In this document: piece by piece, positions 55,101-64,000 of the stretch
Layout of the letters: the number at the start of each line of letters is the position of its first letter
How positions within the stretch are numbered: the first letter of the stretch is position 1
NCBI GenBank assembly: GCA_937625935.1
Contig: OW569373.1
Span: forward strand, 310,001 to 374,000
Origin: Tetramitus jugosus
Lineage: Eukaryota; Protista; Heterolobosea
Direction of reading: 5' to 3'
Length of the DNA: 64,000 nucleotides
Notes under the pieces: generated by a model
Database searches by the model: none
What the model was told of the DNA's origin: nothing
The model's input: the letters and a program-made list of their open reading frames with translations, nothing else
Translations under genes and position numbers: made by a program

Positions 55101-55331
55101 CAGTCAGTCAATCTAGATGGTCCAACAAAGGTTCGTGTAAGAGCTGTACTGGAGAAGTCGAATGTCTCCAGAGAAGATTTCGATGACATCTTGTCCCTTC
55201 TGATGACAGGAGTCATGATGAATTTATCGGATACATTGTATCGGTTCAGCAGCACGCAATCCTTCCAAATCTTCCAGAGATGCATCCAAAGAGAACAAGA
55301 ACTTGTTGCTGTAGTCAACAATGAACCATAG
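52173..55331 (+). CDS. REJ-like/GAIN(GPS)-7TM-RGS receptor
   Basis: Signal peptide; REJ-like region (PPRKPSVIVTPSKG); GPS CRYW..WKSDGC..TCACTHTTSFA; about 7 TMs; RGS FTKFSQQEFALENVLLY..VNLD..NLSDTLYRF. Confidence 0.9.
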   Translation: MQAHQMIIPLTLLSLLLCLLLLSMSSVVSSQHLEKVFETSIDPNISVNINDSIRISTKVNSSGKNMEQVMWSVQYMVNHQLPQLELNVDPYVSGDRNLTLWIPPSQLIVNTTYSVVFRYGVQKNKKKPLVWEQRGPLIFRTGNPPRKPSVIVTPSKGTVDDVFQIEVQPDSGDCGDNNANQCSFALSFEDKLAKMTVFLFSFDDPGSRSPNFTSLLPQGFSKDGRLTLTAHVRNLRGESSFSSTVVGVLPSVSLAHGGGLPPTESITAGEGTEEFELNMINIVRKVDYIMLNDTLAHIYMDETKQLLNTIVKSTFKRFKNDQGGKKINQKLSLLRSVAQFSSLFSSDSKKDALSMINTILQVDMTEQSQNSTVDTYLSSINAIAATVSDMAPSSFGERILSNLTMTSVRSLERSIIRFSYPDGLKTVLSTSSFSMAVRKVYDLKEDLMTQVDSSHTVQVPTDIYSVVGSPTVSFAFTRYSSHINPYAWSNSTRNMTSSIIDVKIGDEDGTIIPVRNLAKPILITLEVNHEVDNYECRYWNDTVQDWKSDGCIFVSRTGLSVTCACTHTTSFAAFVLDEVKISGTKSKTSHYLVGIVFNSIYSIFCIVLIAILILIRRSQPVKSRFVAPFIGLTAILIDCTFQGIIRNSLRLSNQSWKVIDSFGYVIMLTANPLMITAMAVYVWQHVRHICMQHIYYLMCVPRGESGQLNMIRIFKIVCSKLVFASIVGCVWLCSTMYFAIIIGSLKQNYPRALMLTQVISYASIMLALALCLMSSIMADWLLAWKSGRLGLSNWEESVSESGAKKSTNAISSQYSVFNIVSDIDPLHFRRESIIICATMLVLLTAFCLGIGSTLKTGLEVVVIVFDLLLTLLSILAFGGYVVLSALYQKIYRSCGPASKYSLMSSDEGWTTLLSVLTNPFGHHLFTKFSQQEFALENVLLYDKLESLKTKRETMTTDERKEELLNLNKSFVDEKGYQSVNLDGPTKVRVRAVLEKSNVSREDFDDILSLLMTGVMMNLSDTLYRFSSTQSFQIFQRCIQREQELVAVVNNEP

Positions 55332-55553
55332 TTCTGTTCCAGTGCAAGTATGAAGAAGTTTTGACTGTGAATTGTATCACGATTGGCCGCAACGTTTCGC
55401 TCCGGATAATTTTTTTGAGGCAAGTTCCAAGTCCGAGTTGGAACAACGAATACCGAACAAAAACATCATCTCCGGTGTCAAATAAAACAAAATACCGCCA
55501 AAACCAAAATCATCAAGCCAAAACAACAACAACCGCAATCAAAAACATTTCTC

Positions 55554-58500
55554 ATGAATTATTATGCACTCAACAGTATCAACAACCATCTAGACACTGA
55601 TCTCCTATTCTTCTCATCAGAAGCACCTCGACCACCACCACCACCATTCATCAACAACACTCATCAAAACAACAACAATACACATATAGCCAAAAATTTT
55701 GATGTGGCAACAGGTGGAATTGCATCTACAGTCATCATCAACATTGTTCTCTGTGCTATACTATTCATCTTATTCTCATGTTGTCTCAGACCATGTCTAC
55801 CACTGTTCAATCTCACTAAAAAGAGACGATTGATGAGAAAAGTGACCCAATATGAGAATGAAGTTGTTGGAGAAGTGACTAATATTATCAATAGTAGTCG
55901 TTGTCGTCGTCGTAGAGGAGATAGGTCAAGAGTTGAAGTCATTGTCAATGATGATGAAAATGATGATGAAAATAGGGATGAAAAAGTTGATGGTGAAAAT
56001 TTTGAAAATGATGAAACGAAAATTTCTTCTGTGATTGGTGCAGTCGATTCTAGTAGTAGTAGTAGTAGTAGTAGTAGTCAAAAGGATGTGTCATTGATGA
56101 TGAATGATGTGATTGATGTGACAACGTTGAATTCAACAGTGATGATCAATGGTGGTGCTGAAGATGATGTAGATGAGTTTGTTGAACCTCGTGTATCGTC
56201 GTCGTCGTCATCATCATCATCACAATTGTCAGTGGTGATACCTCGCATTCAAATACCTACTTCTCATTCTCTATCACCACTGTATGAAAATGGTCAGAGT
56301 GATTTAGTAGAGCAAGGTGAAAATAATGGTGTTGAAAATGAAGAAGAAGAAGATGAAATTCAGCCATTGTCTGTGGTCGATCGAAAGAGTACTGTTGTGT
56401 CAGCGGATCAGTTTAAAACCTTGTTGCATTTTTATGAAATTAATGATGAAGACAATGAGCAGAAGAAGAAGAAGCAAACGACAGTTGGTGACGATGATGT
56501 GACTATGGCAACTGAGAGCTCAATCGATGTCGCTTCACCTGTGAGTGATGACAATAACAGTGGATCATTGGTGCGCAATCTAGGACAAAAATTCAAACGA
56601 TTCTTGATCCAGAGCACACCTGAATTCCTTCATTCTTGGATTCAGAGCTGTGTCCATGTGATCATTTTCATGCGAGAGCTATTGAATTATATTTGGTTGG
56701 TTCTCGTGTCATTTTTTTCACGAAAGCACAATAATGATGACATGAGAATGTTGTGTCAGCAGTATAGTAGAGATGTTGCAGTCTATCTCCTGTTTCAGAA
56801 GCATATCATCTTGGCATTGACGATTTGTACGTTTATGGCAACTGTGGTACTGCTGCCGTTGCACTTGACTGGTCGGGAGCCCGTGTACAATTATCACTAT
56901 GAGTTTGGAAACTATAATTTAACGCAGGAGGATTATCCATTGCTGCGTACTTCAATTTCCATGGTTCTCTATTCACCACCAAAGATGTTTGTTCATGTGA
57001 TGCTCTGTGTGATGTTTGTCTTGGTGTTTGCCTTTTTTATGCACTCGTTCCGAGTGAGTGATGTTGTCACACGTGAACACTTTGTCGAAGAACAGTTGTA
57101 CCTGAATCAGAATTCATCATCTGATCCACATGGAAAAAAGTCAAAAAAGAAGACTAAATTGGTGAGTCGATACAGTGTACGATTGTACAATTTGCCTTCA
57201 GACTTTACGAGCACGGGTCAGTTTGATCGTATGGTGCGAGAGGAGTTGTGTCCCGACTTGAAAGTGTTCCGAACGATACTGATATTCACTGTGAACGAGA
57301 GAATTAAAATGCAAAACAAATACAAGCACTATGCAGAGGAGTTGGAGCGTTACGTCTATCTTCGTAGAGTGAAACACAAGAGTTCGCTGACATGCTTCTG
57401 TTCATTCAAGTATGGAGCTCGTTACCTGGATGCAGTTGAGTACTACAAGGAAAAGATGGAAGAGATGGAGCAAAAGATGAATGAATGGGATCGAAATTAT
57501 GCATTGGTTCAAAATGATGAATATGACAAGTCGGATATAGAGATTCAACCTGCAGGATATGGATTTGTTGTGTTTGAACGACCGAGAGATGCCATGGAAT
57601 GCCTCAGTCGTTACTACAAAATTGGTACCGTGACAAAACCGATTCGTAGCAACTCGTCCTCCGTGCAAACACCTGATAGTGTACTATCTCCTGATTCAGA
57701 TATACTTAGAAATATAGCATTCTCGGTGAGTACTGCTTACGAACCAGATGACATCAACTGGGACAACATGCTGACCTTTACTGGATGGTCTGACAAATTA
57801 CGTAACTGGGTGATTCGAATTGGAATTGTTTTTATCTTCTTGTTCTGTACCAGTCCTCTCGCTGGATTATCAGGATTTCAGAGTGTTTTGAATATTCCAT
57901 TCATTAGTTCTTCCATTTCACGAATCAAGGAAAAAACTGGTAATTTTGGAAATGTAGTGTTTCAATATCTGCCAACACTATTCATGCAATTGTTTGCAAT
58001 ATGTATGCCATACGGCCTATGGTTCCTCTCTGATTTCGCAAAGTATAGATCCAAGAGCAGATATAGACGAAAGCTCATGAAGCTCATGTATATGTACCTG
58101 GTGTTAACCACATTGTTGATGCCCAGTATGTTGCTCACTGGACTCGATGCCGTTATTACCTACTTCAAGACAGAATCTTCCATTAAGCGCATGTTCCAGA
58201 ATATGTTTCTACCTGCGAGTGGTGCATTCTTCATCAATTATATTTTGCAGTGCATGCTGCTCAAGAACTTTGGAGATTTAATTCGTGCAGGCAACATTAT
58301 GCGATACTTCTGGGGCATTAGAAAATATCCAAACATTACTCCAAAGATGCAACTAAAGGCCTGTGAGTTGTCCATGTTCTACTTTGAGTATGAATATCCG
58401 TACATGGTGTCTGCTGTGGCGATCATGTTGTGTTATTCAGTGTTCAGTCCTGTGATTCTACTGTTCGGTTGGGGCTATTTTGCACTGAAGCACTTGATTG

Positions 58501-59051
58501 ATCGCTATGTCATCATGTATATCTATGGTCACAAGGAACAGGGTGCTCGAGGTGTTTTGTCCTTTGATTTCAGAGCGCATCGAAAACAGACGGACATGAT
58601 CGTTCGACAAATGGTCATGAACTTGTTTATCTTTGTGTTTGCCATGACCATATTTTTTGGAACAAGAGTTCATGCATTGTCCGGTTTGTTGCCTCATGTC
58701 ATCATCTGTGCACTCCTATTGATGGTCATATTTATTGTCATGTTCTTTGAACATATCAAGAGTGTTTCGTTCCTTGAGTTCTTAAAGTATCAAGTGGCTC
58801 GTTGCTTTGGATACAAGTTTGTGAAGCCTGTCACAACAACAGTACCATTCATGACTCCATCTACTCCCGAAACAGAGACGAACATTGAGCTTGATTCACC
58901 CTCGACAGATCCATCGACTACTCTCAACATAACAACCACCATCAAACAATTACCTGAAGATCCAGAAGAGAGCATCTGTGATATCCCACACTTTATTCAC
59001 GCATATGAACCTCCATTGTTCTATCCATCAAGCGGGAGAGAGAAAATCTAA
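55554..59051 (+). CDS. OSCA/TMEM63 (CSC1) mechanosensitive cation channel
   Basis: DVAVYLLFQ, VLLPLH, YSVRLYNLP, GYGFVVF, AYEPDDINWDN, YLPTL, GAFFINYI, YSVFSPVIL, KHLIDRY. Confidence 0.92.
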   Translation: MNYYALNSINNHLDTDLLFFSSEAPRPPPPPFINNTHQNNNNTHIAKNFDVATGGIASTVIINIVLCAILFILFSCCLRPCLPLFNLTKKRRLMRKVTQYENEVVGEVTNIINSSRCRRRRGDRSRVEVIVNDDENDDENRDEKVDGENFENDETKISSVIGAVDSSSSSSSSSSQKDVSLMMNDVIDVTTLNSTVMINGGAEDDVDEFVEPRVSSSSSSSSSQLSVVIPRIQIPTSHSLSPLYENGQSDLVEQGENNGVENEEEEDEIQPLSVVDRKSTVVSADQFKTLLHFYEINDEDNEQKKKKQTTVGDDDVTMATESSIDVASPVSDDNNSGSLVRNLGQKFKRFLIQSTPEFLHSWIQSCVHVIIFMRELLNYIWLVLVSFFSRKHNNDDMRMLCQQYSRDVAVYLLFQKHIILALTICTFMATVVLLPLHLTGREPVYNYHYEFGNYNLTQEDYPLLRTSISMVLYSPPKMFVHVMLCVMFVLVFAFFMHSFRVSDVVTREHFVEEQLYLNQNSSSDPHGKKSKKKTKLVSRYSVRLYNLPSDFTSTGQFDRMVREELCPDLKVFRTILIFTVNERIKMQNKYKHYAEELERYVYLRRVKHKSSLTCFCSFKYGARYLDAVEYYKEKMEEMEQKMNEWDRNYALVQNDEYDKSDIEIQPAGYGFVVFERPRDAMECLSRYYKIGTVTKPIRSNSSSVQTPDSVLSPDSDILRNIAFSVSTAYEPDDINWDNMLTFTGWSDKLRNWVIRIGIVFIFLFCTSPLAGLSGFQSVLNIPFISSSISRIKEKTGNFGNVVFQYLPTLFMQLFAICMPYGLWFLSDFAKYRSKSRYRRKLMKLMYMYLVLTTLLMPSMLLTGLDAVITYFKTESSIKRMFQNMFLPASGAFFINYILQCMLLKNFGDLIRAGNIMRYFWGIRKYPNITPKMQLKACELSMFYFEYEYPYMVSAVAIMLCYSVFSPVILLFGWGYFALKHLIDRYVIMYIYGHKEQGARGVLSFDFRAHRKQTDMIVRQMVMNLFIFVFAMTIFFGTRVHALSGLLPHVIICALLLMVIFIVMFFEHIKSVSFLEFLKYQVARCFGYKFVKPVTTTVPFMTPSTPETETNIELDSPSTDPSTTLNITTTIKQLPEDPEESICDIPHFIHAYEPPLFYPSSGREKI

Positions 59052-59125
59052 TTCGCACTAATAATTGAATCGATAAAATGTATTGCAAACTTTTTCTAAC
59101 ATTCAAATGACATATTTATTGAATC

Positions 59126-62100
59126 TTATGCAGCTAATTCCGCTTCACTACTTTCTACTTCGGTTTCGTCTGTCTTCCTACGCACCACTCGATAACCGAC
59201 GATTAAAGCAAATATCAGACAAAGAGCCATGAGAACAAGAACAGACAAGCATGCCAGAACAATGAGAACGATTGCCCAGACAGGAAGACCGGTTTGTTTC
59301 TTGGATTTATCACCACAACCACAAGGATTTGTGCAAGCAACTGCACCATCATCAGAAACAGCATCTCCAGAGTCTGATTGAACATAGTCGAGAGAAACTG
59401 CATGAGCAACTGGTTTGGTGCAAGAACATGTCACAACTCTCTTTCCATTCGGAAGAGTCACGCCAGAATTGGTTGAACTGGTTCCTGTGGAACAAACAGA
59501 TGTATCATTTTGCCATGTTCTCGTATTGTTGTCAAAGAATTTGCACACATAGATGAATGATGTGTTTCCTTGATTCAAATTCTCATTCACTCCCATTGAA
59601 CTTGTCACAACTGGTGTTGGGTATTGGTCGAATAGCTCTCCGTTGTCACTGAACACTCGAACTGCAACTACGGGTGATACAAGCTTTGTGTTACACAAGC
59701 TGGAGTATTGCTGTGAGGGGTTATCAAAGATTTCTCCCTGAGTAAAGACTGACGAGTCACTACCCTTCAAGTTGTTCAGTATTGGCTTTGTATCTACATT
59801 CACTACTACTTGCTCTGATTGGTCTGTGTTTGGCACAGGAACCTCCATCTCAACTCCATCATCTGTACTGTTGACCCTTACAGCAACGATCTCCACTGTT
59901 TGAACAGAAAAATCGAGAGTATCACCTTCTGATAAGTTTTCTCTCAATCTTCCAGTGGTTGAGTCAAGAAGATTGGATGCCGATACAATTTGTTCAATTG
60001 AGCTGTTAGCGTTGGTCATAACTGGGACAATATTCTTCACTGCAGTTATAGCGAGGTCAAGAGTTGACTGATCGCCAACGTGCTCATCCAACAATCCAGA
60101 CAAAATACCACTTGTAGTGATAGAAGTGTCTTCTGAGAAATATTCTGAAACCCCAGAGAGAGTCGAAATCAGTTCAACCTGTTGTTCCTTAGGAATAGAA
60201 TCACCTCTTTCCAAAATAATATCAATGACCGAGCCCACGATGCTTTTTGCTTGAGTAGGATCCATTGATGATGCTGATTCAACAACTGATGCAACAACAG
60301 CTCCTGCTTGGGAAGCTAGGAAGGTCGAATTTGCTCTAGCGAGTTCATCTAATTGGGAGAGAATGAGGTCATGCACCTCATTAGGGGCTTGATTAGTCAC
60401 GTTAACTCTTACAAAGTGGTTAGTGGTTGCGACTTCTCCTGATTCAGTCTTGGCTTGTGCAAACAGTTGAAGAGTTCCAGTGACAGGCATTACGACACTC
60501 AAGCTTGGAGCAGATGAGAATGAGTTCAACATTGTATCAACTCCATTTCTTCGATATCCAAATCGATACAACATGTACCTAGAAGTATCGACGGCTGTCC
60601 ATCCATAGGTATTAAGTGTAAACTTATCTGTCAACATGACACCACTAGTACTACTAACAGTCAAAACACCTCCAACTGGTGGAGCACTAACTGTAAATCG
60701 CATCGTTTTTGATATGGAGTTGTTTCTAGCATTGTTGGAGTTCACAGACAGTTCGTACTGCTCACCGAGTGAGAGTACATTTGGTCTCAAAGAAATGGTT
60801 TGCATTGAGGAGGTTACTCTATCACTGAGAAGCTGAGTAATATTGAGAACATGGCCACTTTGATCCTTGATGGTCCAGAACAAACTAAAGTTGGAAGCGA
60901 GCTCTACTGGTTGGAGGTAGGCTGTTGCTTGGAGAGAATTTGAACGAACAAAGAATCCCGCATCATTCAGATTGATCTGAATGTTCATCGAGAGTCTTGT
61001 CTCACAATTGGCGCCATCATATCCAGAGTTACATCGACATAAGTCTGGTGATAAACACTTTCCATGAGAACTACAAACAGAAGAGTCACTGGATGGCACA
61101 GAGAAACATTCCGGCACAGTGCAATTGGCTCCCTGATATCCTGCATAACACTTACAAGTATTCGCGCTGACACATTCACCTTGACCAGAACATACTTCTG
61201 GATTGGAACCATTCAAACCAAAGCAGAACGGAATGCTACAATCATAGCCACTATAATCTTGCTTGCACTGGCAAATATCTGGTGCTTCACAAACTCCATG
61301 ACCACTGCAGGCATCTCGTCCGGATTTACCATAACAATAAGTTTCATTTGTTCCACTAGAACAATCATCCCCGTAGTGTCCTACTTCACAAACGCAATGA
61401 TCTGGAGCTGTACAGTTTCCATAAGCAGAGCATACAGAAGAATCATCAGCTGGCCAATGATAGCAGACTGGATTTTGACATTCTTCACCTGTGAAACCTG
61501 TATTACAGAAACAGAAGTCTTTTGCAACACATTGGCCGTGTCGAGAGCAAACTTCTGAAGATGTGGAACTAATGTTGAAACATGTTGCAAGAGAACAATC
61601 AGGACCAGTCCAGCCATCATCACATTGACAATTGTTTGGAGAAGAACATGATCCTCGGCCAGAGCAGGCTGAAAGTTCATCAGCTTCTATTCCAAAACAA
61701 ATAGGATACTCACACTCAAGTCCAGAGTAGCCATCAGAGCAGGAGCACTTGTTCGCGATCGAACATTCACCATTACCGCCACATACTTCTGTACCGTTAG
61801 TTAGATTAGATTTTCCGAAACATACTGGTACTTCACAGTTTCCTCCTGTGTACCCATTTCTACATGTACAAGTATCGAGTCCTGTGCAACTACCTCGACC
61901 AGAACAAACAGAAGAGGAGTCAGTCGAGTTGATATTTCCACATGTTGTCTGTTCACAATGATCTCCAAAATATCCATCAGAGCAATCACAGGCATAGAAA
62001 TCTTGAGAGCAGTTTCCTCTGCCTGAACAGTAGGAAGTGGAAGGAGCATTTTCTATTTGGCAGTGATCATATTGGCAATTATTTCCATAAGTTCCGTTGA

Positions 62101-64000
62101 GACAGATACACTCATCAATACCAATACAGTATCCACTTCCTCCACAAACACGTTCATCATCTGGATGCAAGCCATTGCAAGTAACCTCCTCGCAATTGCT
62201 TCCGGCATAACCATAATCGCATGAACAAGTATCATGGGCGACACACTGACCATTTCCAGAACACACTGATGAGTCGTTTGATGGAGTTGAGTGGCATGTT
62301 GTAATTGAACAGTCCTTTCCTGAATAGAATGGATCGCACTCACACTTATCCACACCAACACATGAACCATGGTCACTGCAAGCTCTGATAGAGTCTGATC
62401 TCTTGCCGAAGCAGAGAGGATAAGAACAATCAGCTCCTTGATATCCTGGTGCACAACTGCAAGTGTTAGGACCGTAACATGTTCCACTTCCTGAACAAGC
62501 AGCACTATCAGTCGAATTCACTCCAAAACATTGAACAACACTGCAATCTGCTCCAGCAAATCCTGGACGACAGACACAAGTGTCCAGATTGGCACATGAA
62601 CCATGTCCGGAGCATACCAGAGGACTTCGTTCATTAATTCCATAACAAGTCTTTGATTCACAGTTGACTCCTGCGAATCCTTCCTCACATTTACATGTAT
62701 TGGGTCCAATACAGCTTCCCTTTCCACTACATGCTCCTGCAGTGTTGCTCGCAACTTGGAAGCAAGCCATTTGTTCGCAATTGGAGCCAATAAAACCAGG
62801 AGAGCAGACACAAGAATCTTTGCTGGCACACACACCGTTTCCATTACACACGCTAGGATCCGTATTGTTCTTTCCGAAACAGGTTGTGAATTGACATCGA
62901 TCACCACTATAACCTGAAGGACACTCACACTTATTGGGAGCAGTACATGAGCCATGGCCTGAACACACAGCACTAGAGGTGCTTGCAAGTCCGTAACAAA
63001 CTGGAAGTGAGCAACTTGCTCCAGTATATTCTGCAGAACATTCACATTTGTTAGGTCCTACACAAGCTCCCTGTCCACTACACACACGTGAATCTGTTGA
63101 ATTCACTCCATAACAAGTTAGTGTTTCGCATTCAGTACCCACATAACCAACGTTACATGAGCATCTATCATGTTGAAGACACGATCCGTGGGAGCTACAC
63201 ACAGACTGATTAAGGTTGTTAATTCCGAAACATGTTGTCTGCTCACATCGATCTCCAAAGTATCCATCTGCACAAGAACATTCATTTGGTGACAGACATG
63301 AACCAACACCACTACAGACAGCAGAACTAGTAGCCACAATACCATAGCATACTGGTTGACTACAATCCTGCGATCCATACCCAGGATTACAACTGCAAGT
63401 ATTTGCACCAACACATGTACCTCGACCATAGCATGCTTCTGGATCAGAAGCATTTAAGCCAAAGCAGTATGGAACACTACAATCAAAGCCATTATAATCT
63501 TGATTACACAGGCAAGAATCTGGTGCGTCACAAACACCATGACCACTGCAAGCTACACTTCCGAACTTACCATAACAAATTGCTGACTGACAATCATTTC
63601 CTGTGTAGCCAAAAGCTGGATCACAAGAGCACTTGTTTGGTGCTGTGCAGTTTCCACGGGTATTACATACCTCATTATTGTCATGAGCAATACCGTTACA
63701 AAGGATCAACTCACACTCATCACCATCGTATCCAGATCTGCAAGCACAAGTATCTGGCGCATTGCAAGTTCCTCTTGAGGAACATACCGTTGGATCTGTG
63801 TTGTTCTTTCCATAACACTCAGTTAGTTCACAATTCTTTCCAGAGTATTGAGGAAGACACTGACAGACATCTGGAGCAACACATGTTCCTCGTCCGGAGC
63901 AAACATTGGTATCTCCACTCGTCTTACCAAAACATATTGGAAGTTCACAAGTCAATCCTTTGTATCCATCGGTACAAGAACAAATATCTGTTGCAACACA
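59126..64000 (-). CDS. Large single-pass surface protein: tenascin-like EGF array, REJ-like, degenerate GAIN/GPS, TM; 5' end outside the window
   Basis: More than 20 repeats of C(F/Y)G..VCSGxGxC...CxC..GY.G.xC; PPVGGVLTVS..G..LTDKF; CKFFD..W..C..TCSC; C-terminal TM. Confidence 0.9.
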   Translation of the reverse strand, partial: CVATDICSCTDGYKGLTCELPICFGKTSGDTNVCSGRGTCVAPDVCQCLPQYSGKNCELTECYGKNNTDPTVCSSRGTCNAPDTCACRSGYDGDECELILCNGIAHDNNEVCNTRGNCTAPNKCSCDPAFGYTGNDCQSAICYGKFGSVACSGHGVCDAPDSCLCNQDYNGFDCSVPYCFGLNASDPEACYGRGTCVGANTCSCNPGYGSQDCSQPVCYGIVATSSAVCSGVGSCLSPNECSCADGYFGDRCEQTTCFGINNLNQSVCSSHGSCLQHDRCSCNVGYVGTECETLTCYGVNSTDSRVCSGQGACVGPNKCECSAEYTGASCSLPVCYGLASTSSAVCSGHGSCTAPNKCECPSGYSGDRCQFTTCFGKNNTDPSVCNGNGVCASKDSCVCSPGFIGSNCEQMACFQVASNTAGACSGKGSCIGPNTCKCEEGFAGVNCESKTCYGINERSPLVCSGHGSCANLDTCVCRPGFAGADCSVVQCFGVNSTDSAACSGSGTCYGPNTCSCAPGYQGADCSYPLCFGKRSDSIRACSDHGSCVGVDKCECDPFYSGKDCSITTCHSTPSNDSSVCSGNGQCVAHDTCSCDYGYAGSNCEEVTCNGLHPDDERVCGGSGYCIGIDECICLNGTYGNNCQYDHCQIENAPSTSYCSGRGNCSQDFYACDCSDGYFGDHCEQTTCGNINSTDSSSVCSGRGSCTGLDTCTCRNGYTGGNCEVPVCFGKSNLTNGTEVCGGNGECSIANKCSCSDGYSGLECEYPICFGIEADELSACSGRGSCSSPNNCQCDDGWTGPDCSLATCFNISSTSSEVCSRHGQCVAKDFCFCNTGFTGEECQNPVCYHWPADDSSVCSAYGNCTAPDHCVCEVGHYGDDCSSGTNETYCYGKSGRDACSGHGVCEAPDICQCKQDYSGYDCSIPFCFGLNGSNPEVCSGQGECVSANTCKCYAGYQGANCTVPECFSVPSSDSSVCSSHGKCLSPDLCRCNSGYDGANCETRLSMNIQINLNDAGFFVRSNSLQATAYLQPVELASNFSLFWTIKDQSGHVLNITQLLSDRVTSSMQTISLRPNVLSLGEQYELSVNSNNARNNSISKTMRFTVSAPPVGGVLTVSSTSGVMLTDKFTLNTYGWTAVDTSRYMLYRFGYRRNGVDTMLNSFSSAPSLSVVMPVTGTLQLFAQAKTESGEVATTNHFVRVNVTNQAPNEVHDLILSQLDELARANSTFLASQAGAVVASVVESASSMDPTQAKSIVGSVIDIILERGDSIPKEQQVELISTLSGVSEYFSEDTSITTSGILSGLLDEHVGDQSTLDLAITAVKNIVPVMTNANSSIEQIVSASNLLDSTTGRLRENLSEGDTLDFSVQTVEIVAVRVNSTDDGVEMEVPVPNTDQSEQVVVNVDTKPILNNLKGSDSSVFTQGEIFDNPSQQYSSLCNTKLVSPVVAVRVFSDNGELFDQYPTPVVTSSMGVNENLNQGNTSFIYVCKFFDNNTRTWQNDTSVCSTGTSSTNSGVTLPNGKRVVTCSCTKPVAHAVSLDYVQSDSGDAVSDDGAVACTNPCGCGDKSKKQTGLPVWAIVLIVLACLSVLVLMALCLIFALIVGYRVVRRKTDETEVESSEAELAA

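Noticed and set aside
61000-64000. ~117-bp periodic repeats as a CRISPR-like or mobile array
   Set aside because: They are degenerate coding EGF repeats in one reading frame.

Overview
Gene-dense (~36 genes in 64 kb), intron-poor eukaryotic nuclear DNA in the standard genetic code. Poly-Asn/Gln tracts, short GT-AG introns (60-125 nt), a GAIN-7TM-RGS receptor, a tenascin-like EGF/REJ surface protein and cilium-associated genes (WDR93, UBXN11) suggest a heterolobosean (Naegleria-like) amoeboflagellate; this taxon call is inference. Housekeeping genes include UGPase (partial), XRCC2, CANT1 apyrase, YAE1, BolA, ATG1, MAP1D, lipin, COX10, an OSCA channel and one tRNA-Asn. Most interesting observations: (1) F-box proteins fused to degenerate copies of cellular signalling domains (a prenylated Rab pseudo-GTPase; a CYRI/FAM49-like domain whose F-box is hidden behind an in-frame stop), a candidate 'integrated decoy' ubiquitin-ligase system; (2) an orphan BTB-N-terminal-like peptide ([F/L][S/T]DIxI) at or near the C-terminus of three unrelated proteins (RCC1 propeller, divergent formin, unannotated Kelch pseudogene); (3) three tandem secreted bacterial-type amino-acid-binding proteins that look circularly permuted and are sequence mosaics of each other; (4) a disordered KEN+D-box protein head-to-head with XRCC2. 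All family calls come from motif recognition by eye; no searches were run.
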